From contig JAUYPI010000018.1 of the NCBI GenBank assembly GCA_030697645.1, positions 10,457-74,456 on the forward strand: DNA of 64,000 nt, written 5' to 3'. The notes under the pieces were generated by a model. That model did no database searches and was not told where the DNA came from. It worked only from the letters and a program-made list of their open reading frames with translations. The translations under genes and the position numbers were made by a program. The stretch is from a bacterium. GTDB lineage: Bacteria; Patescibacteriota; Minisyncoccia; Phycocordibacterales; VMGT01. Below, piece by piece: positions 8,426-17,818 of the stretch (position 1 is its first letter; the number at the start of each line of letters is the position of its first letter).

Positions 8426-9289
8426 TCAGGGCAGTTCAAGCATCGCGACGAATTTTTCGATTGGCACGCTTGCGCCGGAGGCATTGCGGTGCCCGCCGCC
8501 GCCGAGGAGAGTGGCGAGATCGAGCGCTGACGGGTTCTGCCCATCGGCGCTCCTCACGCTAAAATTGACGACCGCCCCTTTGAAGCGAAAAATGGCGACC
8601 GCGGAGTCGTGTTTTTTCGAGAGCGCATGCCCGAGCTCGGATTCAAAGTAGGGCGAATTGTAGCCCGGTACACGGTGCTCTCCTACACGGAGCCATGTCG
8701 GATCGCGGCCCTCGGCAAAGTGCGAGATCAGGGTGTCGGCGTAGCGGGTCATGTGCTCTCCGGCCGCAATAAACGGCTCGAGATTGCCACCGAGGAGCTC
8801 AAGTACGCGCTTGGGCTGGTTCATGAGCGTCGAGAGGTGCATCAGAAGATGGCGCGTGCGTTGTCCGAAGCTAAAGCGCCAGAGGTCATTATCTTCGACG
8901 AGCGTGATGAGTTCCGTCACGGGCTTCTCGGGAAAAAAGTGGTGCCACGCGAGGGAGGCACCGGAGCGTTCGTTATCAAAGACGAAAGTGAAGTTTTCGT
9001 GTTCGCGCGCGAGCTGCTCGAGGGTCTCTTTAATGCCGATGTGGTGATCAATCGTGACGACGCTTTTTGCATGTGCGAGAAGCTCCTGCACGCCGACCGC
9101 AATGTCAACGGTGTAGACTTCTGTGTCTGCGCTGACACGCCCGAGGAGGTTCTCGAGCTCGGAGTGTGAAATGTCGTGGCCCACCGGATGGAGCTCGATG
9201 TGCGGAAATTTTTTGAGCAGCACCGCGGCGGCCGCAGTGCCGTCCGTGCAGTCTTTGTGATAGAGGCCGATAGTGTGAGGGTGGTGCAT
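8426..9289 (-). CDS. DHH-family phosphoesterase (NrnA-like oligoribonuclease / pAp phosphatase)
   Basis: DHH motif (VTIDHHIG) and DHHA1 motif (GGGGHRNASGA). The start is taken at MHHPH, immediately after the upstream repeat. Confidence 0.8.
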   Translation of the reverse strand: MHHPHTIGLYHKDCTDGTAAAAVLLKKFPHIELHPVGHDISHSELENLLGRVSADTEVYTVDIAVGVQELLAHAKSVVTIDHHIGIKETLEQLAREHENFTFVFDNERSGASLAWHHFFPEKPVTELITLVEDNDLWRFSFGQRTRHLLMHLSTLMNQPKRVLELLGGNLEPFIAAGEHMTRYADTLISHFAEGRDPTWLRVGEHRVPGYNSPYFESELGHALSKKHDSAVAIFRFKGAVVNFSVRSADGQNPSALDLATLLGGGGHRNASGASVPIEKFVAMLELP

Positions 9290-9292
9290 ATA

Positions 9293-9445
9293 AGCAAAAT
9301 TCGAAATCCGAAACAAATCGAATTTCCAAGCAACCAATTTCCAAATTTTCAAATCTCAAACACGAACAACGTTCGGGTTTAGAAATTGGAGCTTTGAGAT
9401 TTGGAAATTGTCTTCCAAATTGATTCCTTGGAGCTTGGAAATTCG
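9293..9445. repeat. Palindromic heptad-repeat element, B-type
   Basis: AATTTCCAAGCAACCAATTTCCAAATTTTCAAATCTCAAACACGAACAACGTTCGGGTTTAGAAATTGGAGCTTTGAGATTTGGAAATT... It lies immediately 5' of the DHH gene start on the minus strand. Confidence 0.8.
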
Positions 9446-9576
9446 GGCATTGCCTGTATTTTGTGCTTCGATATTCGGATTTAGTGGGCTGAGGCATCGG
9501 ACGCCCCACAATTTTGTTGTTCAGCGCAAAAAGTGCCAACTAAAACGAATTTTGCTAGAGTATAGCATAGTCTTTC

Positions 9577-9660
9577 GGGCACGTGGCGGAATTGGTATAC
9601 GCGCTACGTTCAGGGCGTAGTCCCCGCAAGGGGTTGGGAGTTCGACTCTCCCCGTGCCCA
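9577..9660 (+). tRNA. tRNA-Leu (anticodon CAG), long variable arm, no encoded CCA
   Basis: Acceptor GGGCACG/CGTGCCC, anticodon stem-loop CTACG-TTCAGGG-CGTAG, variable arm TCCCCGCAAGGGGT, T-arm GGGAGTTCGACTCTCCC. Confidence 0.85.
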
Positions 9661-9692
9661 CAAACGCGAATTTTTCCATTTGTTTACGTTGT

Positions 9693-10277
9693 ATGGATAC
9701 TTTGAAACAAAACTGCATAATTATCCACGGCTGCCCATCAGATGCGGAGAAGGCGATGAATCCCACAACCAGAACATACGACAAGCACTGGATTCCTTGG
9801 GCCAAAAAGGAACTAACGACACTGGGCATAAAAACAGAAACGCCGCTCATGCCGAGTCCTTGGGAGCCGGACTATGAAAAATTTAAATCGGAGTTTGAAA
9901 AATATACAGTGGGAGAAAATACCACCGTGGTCGGCCATAGTTGCGGAGCGGCCTTTTTGGTTCGGTGGCTCGGAGAAACGAAGAGAAAAATCTGCAAACT
10001 TGTGCTTGTTGCTCCGTGGAAAATCTCTGACAAAGATGACGCGTTCCGGAAAGCATTTTACGCATGCCCCATCGACGAGACGATAAAATCGAGAGTCAGC
10101 AAGGTTGTGATGTTTACTGCCGACGACGAGGAAAGTGATGGAAAAGAAAGTTTACGAATTTTTCACCGCGCATTAGGCGGTGAAATTATCGAATTGCAAG
10201 GGCACGGCCACTACACAATGAATGACATGGGAACAGAGGAGTTCCCCGAATTACTTGAAGCAATGGTTGGGAAGTAA
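9693..10277 (+). CDS. serine hydrolase of the alpha/beta fold (YdeN/RBBP9-like esterase family)
   Basis: IIIHGCPSD near the N-terminus and the VGHSCGA nucleophile elbow (GxSxG). Lower-GC gene immediately after tRNA-Leu. Confidence 0.65.
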   Translation: MDTLKQNCIIIHGCPSDAEKAMNPTTRTYDKHWIPWAKKELTTLGIKTETPLMPSPWEPDYEKFKSEFEKYTVGENTTVVGHSCGAAFLVRWLGETKRKICKLVLVAPWKISDKDDAFRKAFYACPIDETIKSRVSKVVMFTADDEESDGKESLRIFHRALGGEIIELQGHGHYTMNDMGTEEFPELLEAMVGK

Positions 10278-10290
10278 TCAAGGCACCGTT

Positions 10291-10740
10291 ATGAACGAAA
10301 TCCCCCATATCGAACACGTCTGGTCGCAGCTGTGTCAATTGTCCTCGGTGGACCAGGACACGAATAGCGTGTCGCTTTTTCATCTGATTGAAGAGCTGGC
10401 GATTGAGCGCGCGAAAAGTGCGCCGCCTCCGCCTGAGGGGGGCGTCGTGATCCCCGTCGCCTGCGAGCTTGTGACGCTCTGGCATAAGCGCTCCGAGGGG
10501 CAGCACGTGATTGCCGACGTCGAGGTGGCGCTCTTTGATCCTCAAGGGGCGCGGCTTCAGAGTGTGATCTACAAACTCGACATCGCGCCGCAGCATAGTC
10601 GTACGCGTTTTCGTCTCAAGATGAATGGGCTCAAGATTACCACTGCGGGCACATATTCGTTTGCGGTGAATATCCGCGGCCCGAATGAGACGCAGTTTGT
10701 TGAGGCCGCCCGCGTGCCGCTCGGGGTGCGGATCAGCTGA
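10291..10740 (+). CDS. hypothetical protein
   Basis: ORF with a start adjusted to the first Met after the upstream stop. No recognisable motif. Confidence 0.45.
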   Translation: MNEIPHIEHVWSQLCQLSSVDQDTNSVSLFHLIEELAIERAKSAPPPPEGGVVIPVACELVTLWHKRSEGQHVIADVEVALFDPQGARLQSVIYKLDIAPQHSRTRFRLKMNGLKITTAGTYSFAVNIRGPNETQFVEAARVPLGVRIS

Positions 10741-10772
10741 AAGGCCACTATAGTTCGCTTCTCCACTGAACC

Positions 10773-12359
10773 ATGGGTGACTACAGCGCTTATTTTCGCG
10801 GCAAGCAGATTACGCTAATAGGCCTGGGGCTTCTTGGGCGCGGTGTTAATGTGGCGAAGTTTCTTGCGGAGTGTGGGGCGGATATGCTCGTGACCGATTT
10901 GAAAACGAAGGATCAGCTTCAGCCGTCGCTTAAAAAACTCGCGCGGTTTAAGAATATTCGCTTCGTGCTCGGCGAGCACCGACTCGAGAACTTCCGGGGT
11001 GTCGACATGGTGATCAAGGCCGCGGGCGTGCCGCTTGATTCGCCGTTTATCGCCGAGGCTCGCTCACATGGCGTGCCGGTCAAAATGGACGCGTCACTCT
11101 TTGCCGAGCTCGCGCCGCCCGGCGTGCTTCTTGTCGGCATTACCGGAACGCGCGGGAAGTCAACGACGACGCAGTTGCTCTACGAGGTGCTAAACGACTG
11201 GCGTAAGGTATTAGGTGTTAGGTATCAGGTTGGCGGACGTTCCGGCCACGAACTCCCCAGTTACCAGTTACCAGTTACCAGTCCCTCGCGGTCACATCGC
11301 GTCTTCCTCGGCGGTAACATCCGTGGCATGGCAACCCTGCCACTCCTCAAAAAAGTCCGCCCTGGCGACATCGTCGTTCTCGAGCTCGACTCGTGGCAGC
11401 TTCAGGGCTTCGGCGAGGCGAAGATCAGTCCGCACGTTGCGGTTTTTACGACATTTTTCGATGACCACCTTAATTACTATGATAGGGACCGCGGACGTTA
11501 TTTGAAGGATAAGGCAAACATTTTTACATACCAAAGTGGCGTAAAAAATTTTCAATTTTCAATTTTCAATTTTCAAACTCGGCCAGTATTGATTGTGGGC
11601 GCACAGGCGGCACCTTTGATACGCAAACATTTTGCGGAGCACGCACAGCGGATGAAGGTGGTGCGGCCGAGCAATGTACCGAAAAATTGGAAGCTCGCGA
11701 TTCCTGGCGAGCATAATCGCGCGAATGCTGCCTCGGCGCTCGTGGCGGCGGATGCACTTGGTGTGCCGCGTTCGGTCAGCAAGCGCGCTATTACTTCTTT
11801 TCATGGTCTCCCCGGTCGCCTCGAGCTCGTGCGAGAGCTCCGCGGCGTCAAAATTTATAACGACACGTGTGCGACGACTCCGGAGGCAACGATCGCCGCG
11901 CTCCGCGCGCTCGGCAGACTAAGCAGCAAGCAGCAAGCAGCAAGCAGCAAGGTCCATCGGATAATTCTTATTATGGGTGGAGCGGACAAAGGGCTCGACA
12001 TGTCGGGGCTGCTCAAGGAGATTCCAAGGTATTGCAGAGCAGTTATTTGGCTTCCGGGTACTGGCACAAATAGAATTATGAAGCATGAATCAAGAAGCAT
12101 GGAAACGGAAGCAATAATTCATTATTCCAAATTCTTGATTCAAGAGATGTACACAACCACACTGAGCGCGGCAATAAAGCAGGCGGTCCTTGTCGCAAGG
12201 AAGGGGGATAGTATTCTCTTCAGCCCCGCCTTCGCCTCATTCGGCATGTTCAAGAATGAGTACGACCGGGGAGAAAAATTTAATCGCGCGGTAGCGGCCC
12301 GTAAAGACACGACCCGCGCGAAGGCGCGGGTCAGTAGAATGCAACATAACGAATCTTAA
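10773..12359 (+). CDS. murD: UDP-N-acetylmuramoyl-L-alanine--D-glutamate ligase, enlarged by three in-frame heptanucleotide-repeat insertions
   Basis: Mur ligase ATP motif GITGTRGKSTTT, central and C-terminal Mur ligase domains (GGADKG, SPAFASFGMF). At 528 aa it is longer than a typical ~450 aa MurD. The coding sequence contains (TTACCAG)3 at 11261-11283, (AATTTTC)4 at 11547-11576 and (CAAGCAG)4-5 at 11921-11951. Confidence 0.85.
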   Translation: MGDYSAYFRGKQITLIGLGLLGRGVNVAKFLAECGADMLVTDLKTKDQLQPSLKKLARFKNIRFVLGEHRLENFRGVDMVIKAAGVPLDSPFIAEARSHGVPVKMDASLFAELAPPGVLLVGITGTRGKSTTTQLLYEVLNDWRKVLGVRYQVGGRSGHELPSYQLPVTSPSRSHRVFLGGNIRGMATLPLLKKVRPGDIVVLELDSWQLQGFGEAKISPHVAVFTTFFDDHLNYYDRDRGRYLKDKANIFTYQSGVKNFQFSIFNFQTRPVLIVGAQAAPLIRKHFAEHAQRMKVVRPSNVPKNWKLAIPGEHNRANAASALVAADALGVPRSVSKRAITSFHGLPGRLELVRELRGVKIYNDTCATTPEATIAALRALGRLSSKQQAASSKVHRIILIMGGADKGLDMSGLLKEIPRYCRAVIWLPGTGTNRIMKHESRSMETEAIIHYSKFLIQEMYTTTLSAAIKQAVLVARKGDSILFSPAFASFGMFKNEYDRGEKFNRAVAARKDTTRAKARVSRMQHNES

Positions 12360-13513
12360 ACACGTAACTTGGTGAGCAAACTGCGTGCTTGCTGCTCCGC
12401 CCATTCAATCGCGCTGAAAAGCGACACCACATCGTTCGCTTCGTACGGCGTATGTAGTCGCATCACGCCTTGGATACCGAGCGGAATCTGGTGAAATCCA
12501 ATGGAGCGGTCGAGAAATGCCCGCACAAAAACATCATTCGCCGCGCACATCACCGCTGGCATGGTGCCGCCGATTTTCGCCGCCTCGTAGGCCAGACTGA
12601 CGCACGGGAAACGATCGGTATCGCATGGCTCAAAGGTGAGTTCTCCTGGTGCGTCAAACAATGAAAATTTTGTTGCGTTGTGTACGGGGCGCCGCTGTGG
12701 GTACAGAAGCGCGTACTGAATGGGAATACGCATGTCCGGCACGCTCAGCTGGGCAAGGGTTGTTCCGTCTTTGAATGCCACCATGGAGTGGATGATTGAC
12801 TCAGGGTGAACCACTATATCTATCCGCTCCGGAGGAATCTCAAAGAGATGCATCACCTCAATCACCTCAAAACCCTTGTTCATCAGCGTTGCTGAGTCAA
12901 CGGTGATCTTCGGACCCATTTTCCAGGTGGGGTGCTTGAGGGCCTGTAGAGGTGTCACGCGCTCGAGTTTTCTTTTGGGGGTTTTGCGGAACGGCCCCCC
13001 TGAAGCCGTGAGGATAAGTCGTGCGACTGATTCTCGCGGCACTCCCTCGAGGCACTGAAAGATGGCGCTCGGTTCCGAGTCCACCGGAAGGATCCACGCC
13101 CCGTATTTTTTTGCGGTTTCCATCGTGAGGACTCCAGCCGCGACCATGGTTTCTTTGTTCGCGAGCGCCATGTCCTTTCCTTTTCCGAGCGCGGCAAGAG
13201 TGGGCTTGATTCCAGCAACCCCGACAATGCCGTTGACCACGAGATCGGCCTCTCCGAGAGTCGCGAGTTGTGCAAGCCCCGCTTCCCCCACAAACACCGG
13301 GATTGATACCTCCGGTATTAAAATTTTTGCCTGCGATGGATCGCTGACCGCGACGACTTGGGGCCGAAATTCCTTGATCTGTTTATACAACAGGGCGATT
13401 TTTTGGTGCGTGGAAAGAGCAACTATTTCGAGCAGATCAGGGTTATTTCGCACCACATCAAGTGTTTGCGTTCCGATAGAACCGGTTGATCCTAAAACGG
13501 TAAGTTTTTTCAT
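12356..13513 (-). CDS. dxr: 1-deoxy-D-xylulose 5-phosphate reductoisomerase
   Basis: N-terminal GSTGSIGTQTLDV NADPH motif and conserved Dxr core (ANKE, LPVDSEPSAI, HPTW) along the full length. Confidence 0.9.
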   Translation of the reverse strand: MKKLTVLGSTGSIGTQTLDVVRNNPDLLEIVALSTHQKIALLYKQIKEFRPQVVAVSDPSQAKILIPEVSIPVFVGEAGLAQLATLGEADLVVNGIVGVAGIKPTLAALGKGKDMALANKETMVAAGVLTMETAKKYGAWILPVDSEPSAIFQCLEGVPRESVARLILTASGGPFRKTPKRKLERVTPLQALKHPTWKMGPKITVDSATLMNKGFEVIEVMHLFEIPPERIDIVVHPESIIHSMVAFKDGTTLAQLSVPDMRIPIQYALLYPQRRPVHNATKFSLFDAPGELTFEPCDTDRFPCVSLAYEAAKIGGTMPAVMCAANDVFVRAFLDRSIGFHQIPLGIQGVMRLHTPYEANDVVSLFSAIEWAEQQARSLLTKLRV

Positions 13514-13638
13514 CGCTTTTCCCTTGCGTTGGCTCGCGGGTTTTTAATTGTGTCTGTGGTGTATAACCACGCTGCGCCAAAAAAGGAGACACGGGTTAGT
13601 TGAATAGAGCCTGACGACATAGGAGTCGTTGTAAAAAA

Positions 13639-13667
13639 TACGGCCGCCTGTAGAGCAGGCGGCCGTA
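13639..13667 (-). terminator. rho-independent terminator for the upstream minus-strand gene
   Basis: TACGGCCGCCTG-TAGAG-CAGGCGGCCGTA hairpin. On the minus strand it is followed by TTTTTT. Confidence 0.8.
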
Positions 13668-13690
13668 GACCGTTCAAGCGTTCTCCACCC

Positions 13691-14587
13691 TTACCGCCGG
13701 CGGATGACAAGCACTCCATTGCGGCCGTCGTGCTGGCCCAGGCTCACGGCGCGGCGGTGTGACCACCACACGTAATCGTTATCCGCGTCGAGGGCGCTAT
13801 AGGTGTCGGTGCCGTCTGTAGCTATGTTCGATGGCTCGATGTCACGGTGCTGAAATTGTGCCCGGATGATTTCCGGTATTGAGAGGCAGCCCGATGCGGG
13901 GTAACCACCACTCGCTAGGTGGCCGCAGGTAGCGTAGAAGTGTGCAAGTATGGCCTTGTTGGCCACAGCGTAGCGCGGATGGCGTGGGTCGTGAGTGAAG
14001 TGTACCGGGCCGATACCTCCGGCGACGAACACTTTTATCTCAGCCGAAATGCCTCTACGTATGCCATTTATTATCGCGTCAACAACGCTTGCCGATCGCA
14101 CTGTGGGCTCGATGTCGCCGACGATAGCAGCGCGGTTAAAGAGGGAATCTCGTCCGGCGTGCGCCGCGATGACCCAGTGCGTTGCGGTGTTGTACGCGAC
14201 TATAACGTGGCAGTCCGCGACAGAAAACCATGCGCCCGAGTGTGGCGGGAGCACGCACCCCTCTGCCAATGGGCCACGGAGCAGTGCGAATTTGCTGTTG
14301 GCGAGCGAAATGCGCTCGGTGAAATCCTCGCTCTCGCAGATAGCTGCGTTAAATCGTGAATGGTCAGGCGCATACACCGTATCGATGCCTGCCTGAAGTG
14401 CGACGTGGCGTAGCTGCGAGAATTGCTCGAGTGCTTCCGCGTGTTCGAGTTCCTCTTGCCGGCGCACCGCATCAATACGCCAATCAACGTCAGCACCATT
14501 ACGGCCGAAAAGGCGTACCTCAACCTTGCCGTCGAACGGCGTGAAGATTGCGCTGGGGTTCATAGGGTTCGATCGATTTCCGAGCAT
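13691..14587 (-). CDS. YfiH/PgeF-family (DUF152, Cu-oxidase_4-like) purine nucleoside phosphorylase / peptidoglycan editing factor (tentative)
   Basis: Conserved Cys and His spacing (SVADCHVIV ... HAGRDSL ... H) resembles the YfiH family. The assignment is uncertain. Confidence 0.5.
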   Translation of the reverse strand: MLGNRSNPMNPSAIFTPFDGKVEVRLFGRNGADVDWRIDAVRRQEELEHAEALEQFSQLRHVALQAGIDTVYAPDHSRFNAAICESEDFTERISLANSKFALLRGPLAEGCVLPPHSGAWFSVADCHVIVAYNTATHWVIAAHAGRDSLFNRAAIVGDIEPTVRSASVVDAIINGIRRGISAEIKVFVAGGIGPVHFTHDPRHPRYAVANKAILAHFYATCGHLASGGYPASGCLSIPEIIRAQFQHRDIEPSNIATDGTDTYSALDADNDYVWWSHRRAVSLGQHDGRNGVLVIRRR

Positions 14588-14629
14588 ATTTTTTCTCCTC
14601 GTCTCTAGGCGTGTGTGACATGTACTTTG

Positions 14630-15247
14630 TTACCATTTCCAAAAGAAGCGCGGTACGCTTTCGTAATACCGTGCGTACTCGGGCCCTTTCATCTCACGAA
14701 GGAGCGTCTCCTCGCGCGCGATGTTTGACCGGACGTAGCAGTAGGTGAGTACGCCGAGCAGAAGTGCGGCGACGTTTTGTAGCAGCAACACGAGCGCGAA
14801 TGCCTCGGCGAGTGAACCGCAATACATCGGGTTGCGACTCCATCGGTAAAGTCCGCGCACCGTCACTTTTCCTTCGCGAACAATCGGCCCCTTGACTGCA
14901 TTGCTCCAGTTCGCGCCAAGCTCCCACTTCGCACGAAGCTGAAGCACGATTGCCGCGATAAGAAGCGCAAGTCCCGCGAGGCAGAGCGCGTCATCTTCTG
15001 CAAAAATGCCCACAGGAATGGCCCTCAATGGACGAAGCACGCTCACAAACAACCACGGTGCAAGAGAACGAACAATGAGTGCGCCCCACAACAAGAGGAG
15101 TGCTCGTTCTTGAACCCAAAGCCATGGTACTTGTCGGTGCTTTTCGACACGCCCCTGTACTATTTTTTTGGAGAGCCACCACCTGCCAGTCCTGAGGACG
15201 ACAAAGAGCGAAACGATGATAACGAACAACGTTGTGTTTTCGATCAC
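14630..15247 (-). CDS. isoprenylcysteine carboxyl methyltransferase (ICMT)-family / phospholipid methyltransferase-like membrane protein
   Basis: Multi-TM protein with a C-terminal GLYRWSRNPMY motif and downstream E...R typical of the ICMT family. Confidence 0.7.
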   Translation of the reverse strand: MIENTTLFVIIVSLFVVLRTGRWWLSKKIVQGRVEKHRQVPWLWVQERALLLLWGALIVRSLAPWLFVSVLRPLRAIPVGIFAEDDALCLAGLALLIAAIVLQLRAKWELGANWSNAVKGPIVREGKVTVRGLYRWSRNPMYCGSLAEAFALVLLLQNVAALLLGVLTYCYVRSNIAREETLLREMKGPEYARYYESVPRFFWKW

Positions 15248-15484
15248 GGTTTTCTCCTCCGTGTGAGTGACTGCGAAGATTCAACTGTCCGCGCTTCAAA
15301 CTACTACAGTTGCCGCCGGAGCACAACGACACGCTACATTGCAGACGGACGGTGTCGGGCGCGAACGGGCTTGCTTTCGGCAAGGTCCTGTGGTAGCTTG
15401 CGCCGAGGATTGCATCGCGGCATAGTGCCGCAGCGCAACGTACGTTTCAGCGCAACAGTATTGTTGCAGGGAAAGGAAGTTGAG

Positions 15485-16288
15485 ATGGAGAACCAGGCCA
15501 CATATGGCGGCATACTGAGGTATCTTGACGCAATACCGATTCCGTCGAGTGCTATCGCGGTGCCGGTGCGGACCACGCAGACGGCAGAGACCCTGGCGGC
15601 ATCTCGTATTCTTTTTGATTTTGTCCATGATGAAGCCAGGCAGAGCCAGTTGGCAAGGTTTTTCGACGCTGTCAGCGTCGCACGGAAAGAGTCGGGGTTT
15701 GTTCAATCGTGTCGGCGGCTTTTAGTGCCCGAACGCGCCCCTTACGGTTTGCGCGGTTTTTCTTTTCTGACCGAAGAGCATGGCCTATTTCTCCCACTTA
15801 TTTGCGCCGCTATGAAGTGGGGGATTGATGTGCCTCCTTCTGACCCCGTGCTTACCAAACTTCGCCGTGTCTCTATCGACTCAAGCGCGCTGGGGGTAGT
15901 GGTGCAGGCGGGCGGAGGAGATTATTCTATTAAAACACGTCTCGACGGTAGCACACTCGGCGGCGAGCTCCACATTGTAGGAAAAAACGTCAAAAAGGAA
16001 CTCGTGGTTCTTGAGCGTCGGTGTTTACAGCTCGGATTCGGAACGATCCAGGAACCCATGGAGACAACGGGTCAAATCGGCGTGGCGCTCTTTGCCACAG
16101 AAGTTTTGTGGTATCCGATCTTCGGGCATGACCATGTCGTTAAGTATCTGCGGCACGCGCTCCAGGGCGCGATCGGCAGGGTGACGGACCCGCTACAGTT
16201 GGTGCAGTTGATGGCGAAGTGTGAGGCGAACGCGCCGCGTTTGCGCGAGGTTCTCTTTGCCGAGCCCGAGAAGGACCCAAGAAGCTAA
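15485..16288 (+). CDS. hypothetical protein. The ORF-track N-terminal extension runs antisense into the ICMT gene and is trimmed to the internal Met
   Basis: Start chosen at ATG 15485 (MENQATYGG), downstream of the convergent gene. A terminator hairpin follows. Confidence 0.5.
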   Translation: MENQATYGGILRYLDAIPIPSSAIAVPVRTTQTAETLAASRILFDFVHDEARQSQLARFFDAVSVARKESGFVQSCRRLLVPERAPYGLRGFSFLTEEHGLFLPLICAAMKWGIDVPPSDPVLTKLRRVSIDSSALGVVVQAGGGDYSIKTRLDGSTLGGELHIVGKNVKKELVVLERRCLQLGFGTIQEPMETTGQIGVALFATEVLWYPIFGHDHVVKYLRHALQGAIGRVTDPLQLVQLMAKCEANAPRLREVLFAEPEKDPRS

Positions 16289-16300
16289 AGGCCCAGAAAC

Positions 16301-16332
16301 ATAGCCCAGCCGCTTTTAAGCGACTGGGCTAT
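16301..16332 (+). terminator. terminator hairpin
   Basis: ATAGCCCAG-CCGCTTTTAAGCGA-CTGGGCTAT, a 9-bp perfect stem followed by a T-rich stretch. Confidence 0.6.
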
Positions 16333-16446
16333 CCGATTTTTCGGCAGACTTCTTTACAACGATACGAAGCCCGCTCCCTCGCGCGTGAGGGAGCGGTGTA
16401 CGTTTGAGCGCGTGCTGCGTATGGCTTGCTCGGCGTTGTTTACTGA

Positions 16447-17127
16447 TCAGCGAAGTTGTGCGTTGGGATCGAGACGGAAGCGGTCGAGGAAGTCCTGTCG
16501 CGCATTTTCGGGCGATCTCGATAAGAACACGCCCACCAGAGCAAAAAATGTGACCAAGCACGAGAAGGTTAGGAAGGTTAGGGCGTTCCTGGCGTGTGCT
16601 GCGGCATTTCGTGCAGGGTATGCCACTTCGAGTTCGAGTCCCGCGAGGTAGCTGAGGGCAGCAACAGCGCCAACAAATCCGAGCCGCCAGAGCCAGCCGC
16701 GAAATTTCACACGCCTGCTTGCGGAAACAATGCTCGCGATTTCCCCGATCGGTCGGATGCTCTCGCCCCAGAGGGCGATGCGGTGGCGGACGCTATTTTT
16801 GTCTGTCCCAATAAAAAGGGGATCGCGAAGATCGCGCCGCTCCGGCGTGCGAAGCTCGTAGCTCGCAAAGAGTTCCAGTTCATCCGCGAAGCGGAGTTCC
16901 TCATGGACTTCCTTTGGCGCTTCGTGTTGCGCCAGGGTGCGCGCGACGGTGTGGTGCAAAAGGGCGCGATTGGCATGCGAGTATGCATATCGCGTCGGGA
17001 GCCACGCCTGCCACGTGCTCTCTTCTTCGGCCGAGATCACAGGGTAGAAGAGTGATGGTTCGAGTTCGGTGAGCGCCGTGTTGTCCGGTGTTGCAAGCGT
17101 GTGCGTACGGAAAATATCTGTTTGCAT
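16447..17127 (-). CDS. hypothetical membrane-anchored protein
   Basis: Two C-terminal hydrophobic segments. No recognisable motif. The start is tentatively the second Met. Confidence 0.45.
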   Translation of the reverse strand: MQTDIFRTHTLATPDNTALTELEPSLFYPVISAEEESTWQAWLPTRYAYSHANRALLHHTVARTLAQHEAPKEVHEELRFADELELFASYELRTPERRDLRDPLFIGTDKNSVRHRIALWGESIRPIGEIASIVSASRRVKFRGWLWRLGFVGAVAALSYLAGLELEVAYPARNAAAHARNALTFLTFSCLVTFFALVGVFLSRSPENARQDFLDRFRLDPNAQLR

Positions 17128-17262
17128 GAGACGTCCTCCTCTGTGCAATATTTATTCTCGCGCAGGCATGACCTGTGCACTTGGTATCTATTCTTACATA
17201 TAGCAGGAATGCTGCAGTGAGGCAAGTCTCTTTGTCGAAGACGCGGCTGCGCCTACATATAC

Positions 17263-17288
17263 CAAACGCCCCCGAAGGGGCGTTTGGT
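17263..17288. terminator. bidirectional terminator hairpin downstream of the HU gene
   Basis: CCAAACGCCCC-GAAG-GGGGCGTTTGG. Confidence 0.6.
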
Positions 17289-17334
17289 ATAAATGGGATA
17301 CGTGCGCTCCGGAGCACACATTTCTTTTACGCGG

Positions 17335-17607
17335 TTATTTCACCGCGTCTTTGAGCGCCTTTGCGGCGCGGAACTTCGGCACGCGCTGTGCTGCCACCTG
17401 GATCGTCTCTCCGGTCCGCGGGTTGCGGGCTTGCCGTGCGGCACGCATCTTTGCCGAGAATATACCGAGGCCAGCGATCGAGACTTCGCGTCCTTGCTTG
17501 AGCGTTGCCACAATGGCCTCCATGAGGACCTCCATGGCCCGCTCGGCCTGAGCCCTCGTGAGCTCGACCTTGTGGCTGATTTCGTTCACTAAATCTGCTT
17601 TGTTCAT
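17335..17607 (-). CDS. hup: HU-family nucleoid-associated DNA-binding protein
   Basis: 90 aa with MNKADLVNEIS, GLGIFS and RNPRTGE motifs of the HU/IHF fold. Confidence 0.9.
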   Translation of the reverse strand: MNKADLVNEISHKVELTRAQAERAMEVLMEAIVATLKQGREVSIAGLGIFSAKMRAARQARNPRTGETIQVAAQRVPKFRAAKALKDAVK

Positions 17608-17726
17608 AGGAAAAGGTTAATTATCGCGAGTAAAATCGACCCAAACCCTTACACCTAGCCATTATAGGGCACTATCGGCGGTGCGCAAATGATAAAAATC
17701 GTGACTGTGGATAGCGAAAGTGGACG

Positions 17727-17817
17727 TGTATCTTGTATTTTGTATTTCGTAGTTTGTATAAAAGCTGAATCTCGCTATACAAAATACGAGATACAAGATA
17801 CGAAATACAAGCTACAA
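17727..17817. promoter_or_regulatory. Long imperfect AT-rich palindrome between rny and the HU gene
   Basis: GTATCTTGTATTTTGTATTTCGTAGTTTGTATA ... TATACAAAATACGAGATACAAGATACGAAATACAAGCTACAAG, imperfectly complementary arms around 17767. Confidence 0.4.
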
Positions 17818-17818
17818 G

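Noticed and set aside
15110-15484. N-terminal 125 aa of ORF 15110-16288
   Set aside because: This part runs antisense through the ICMT-family gene. The real gene most likely starts at ATG 15485.
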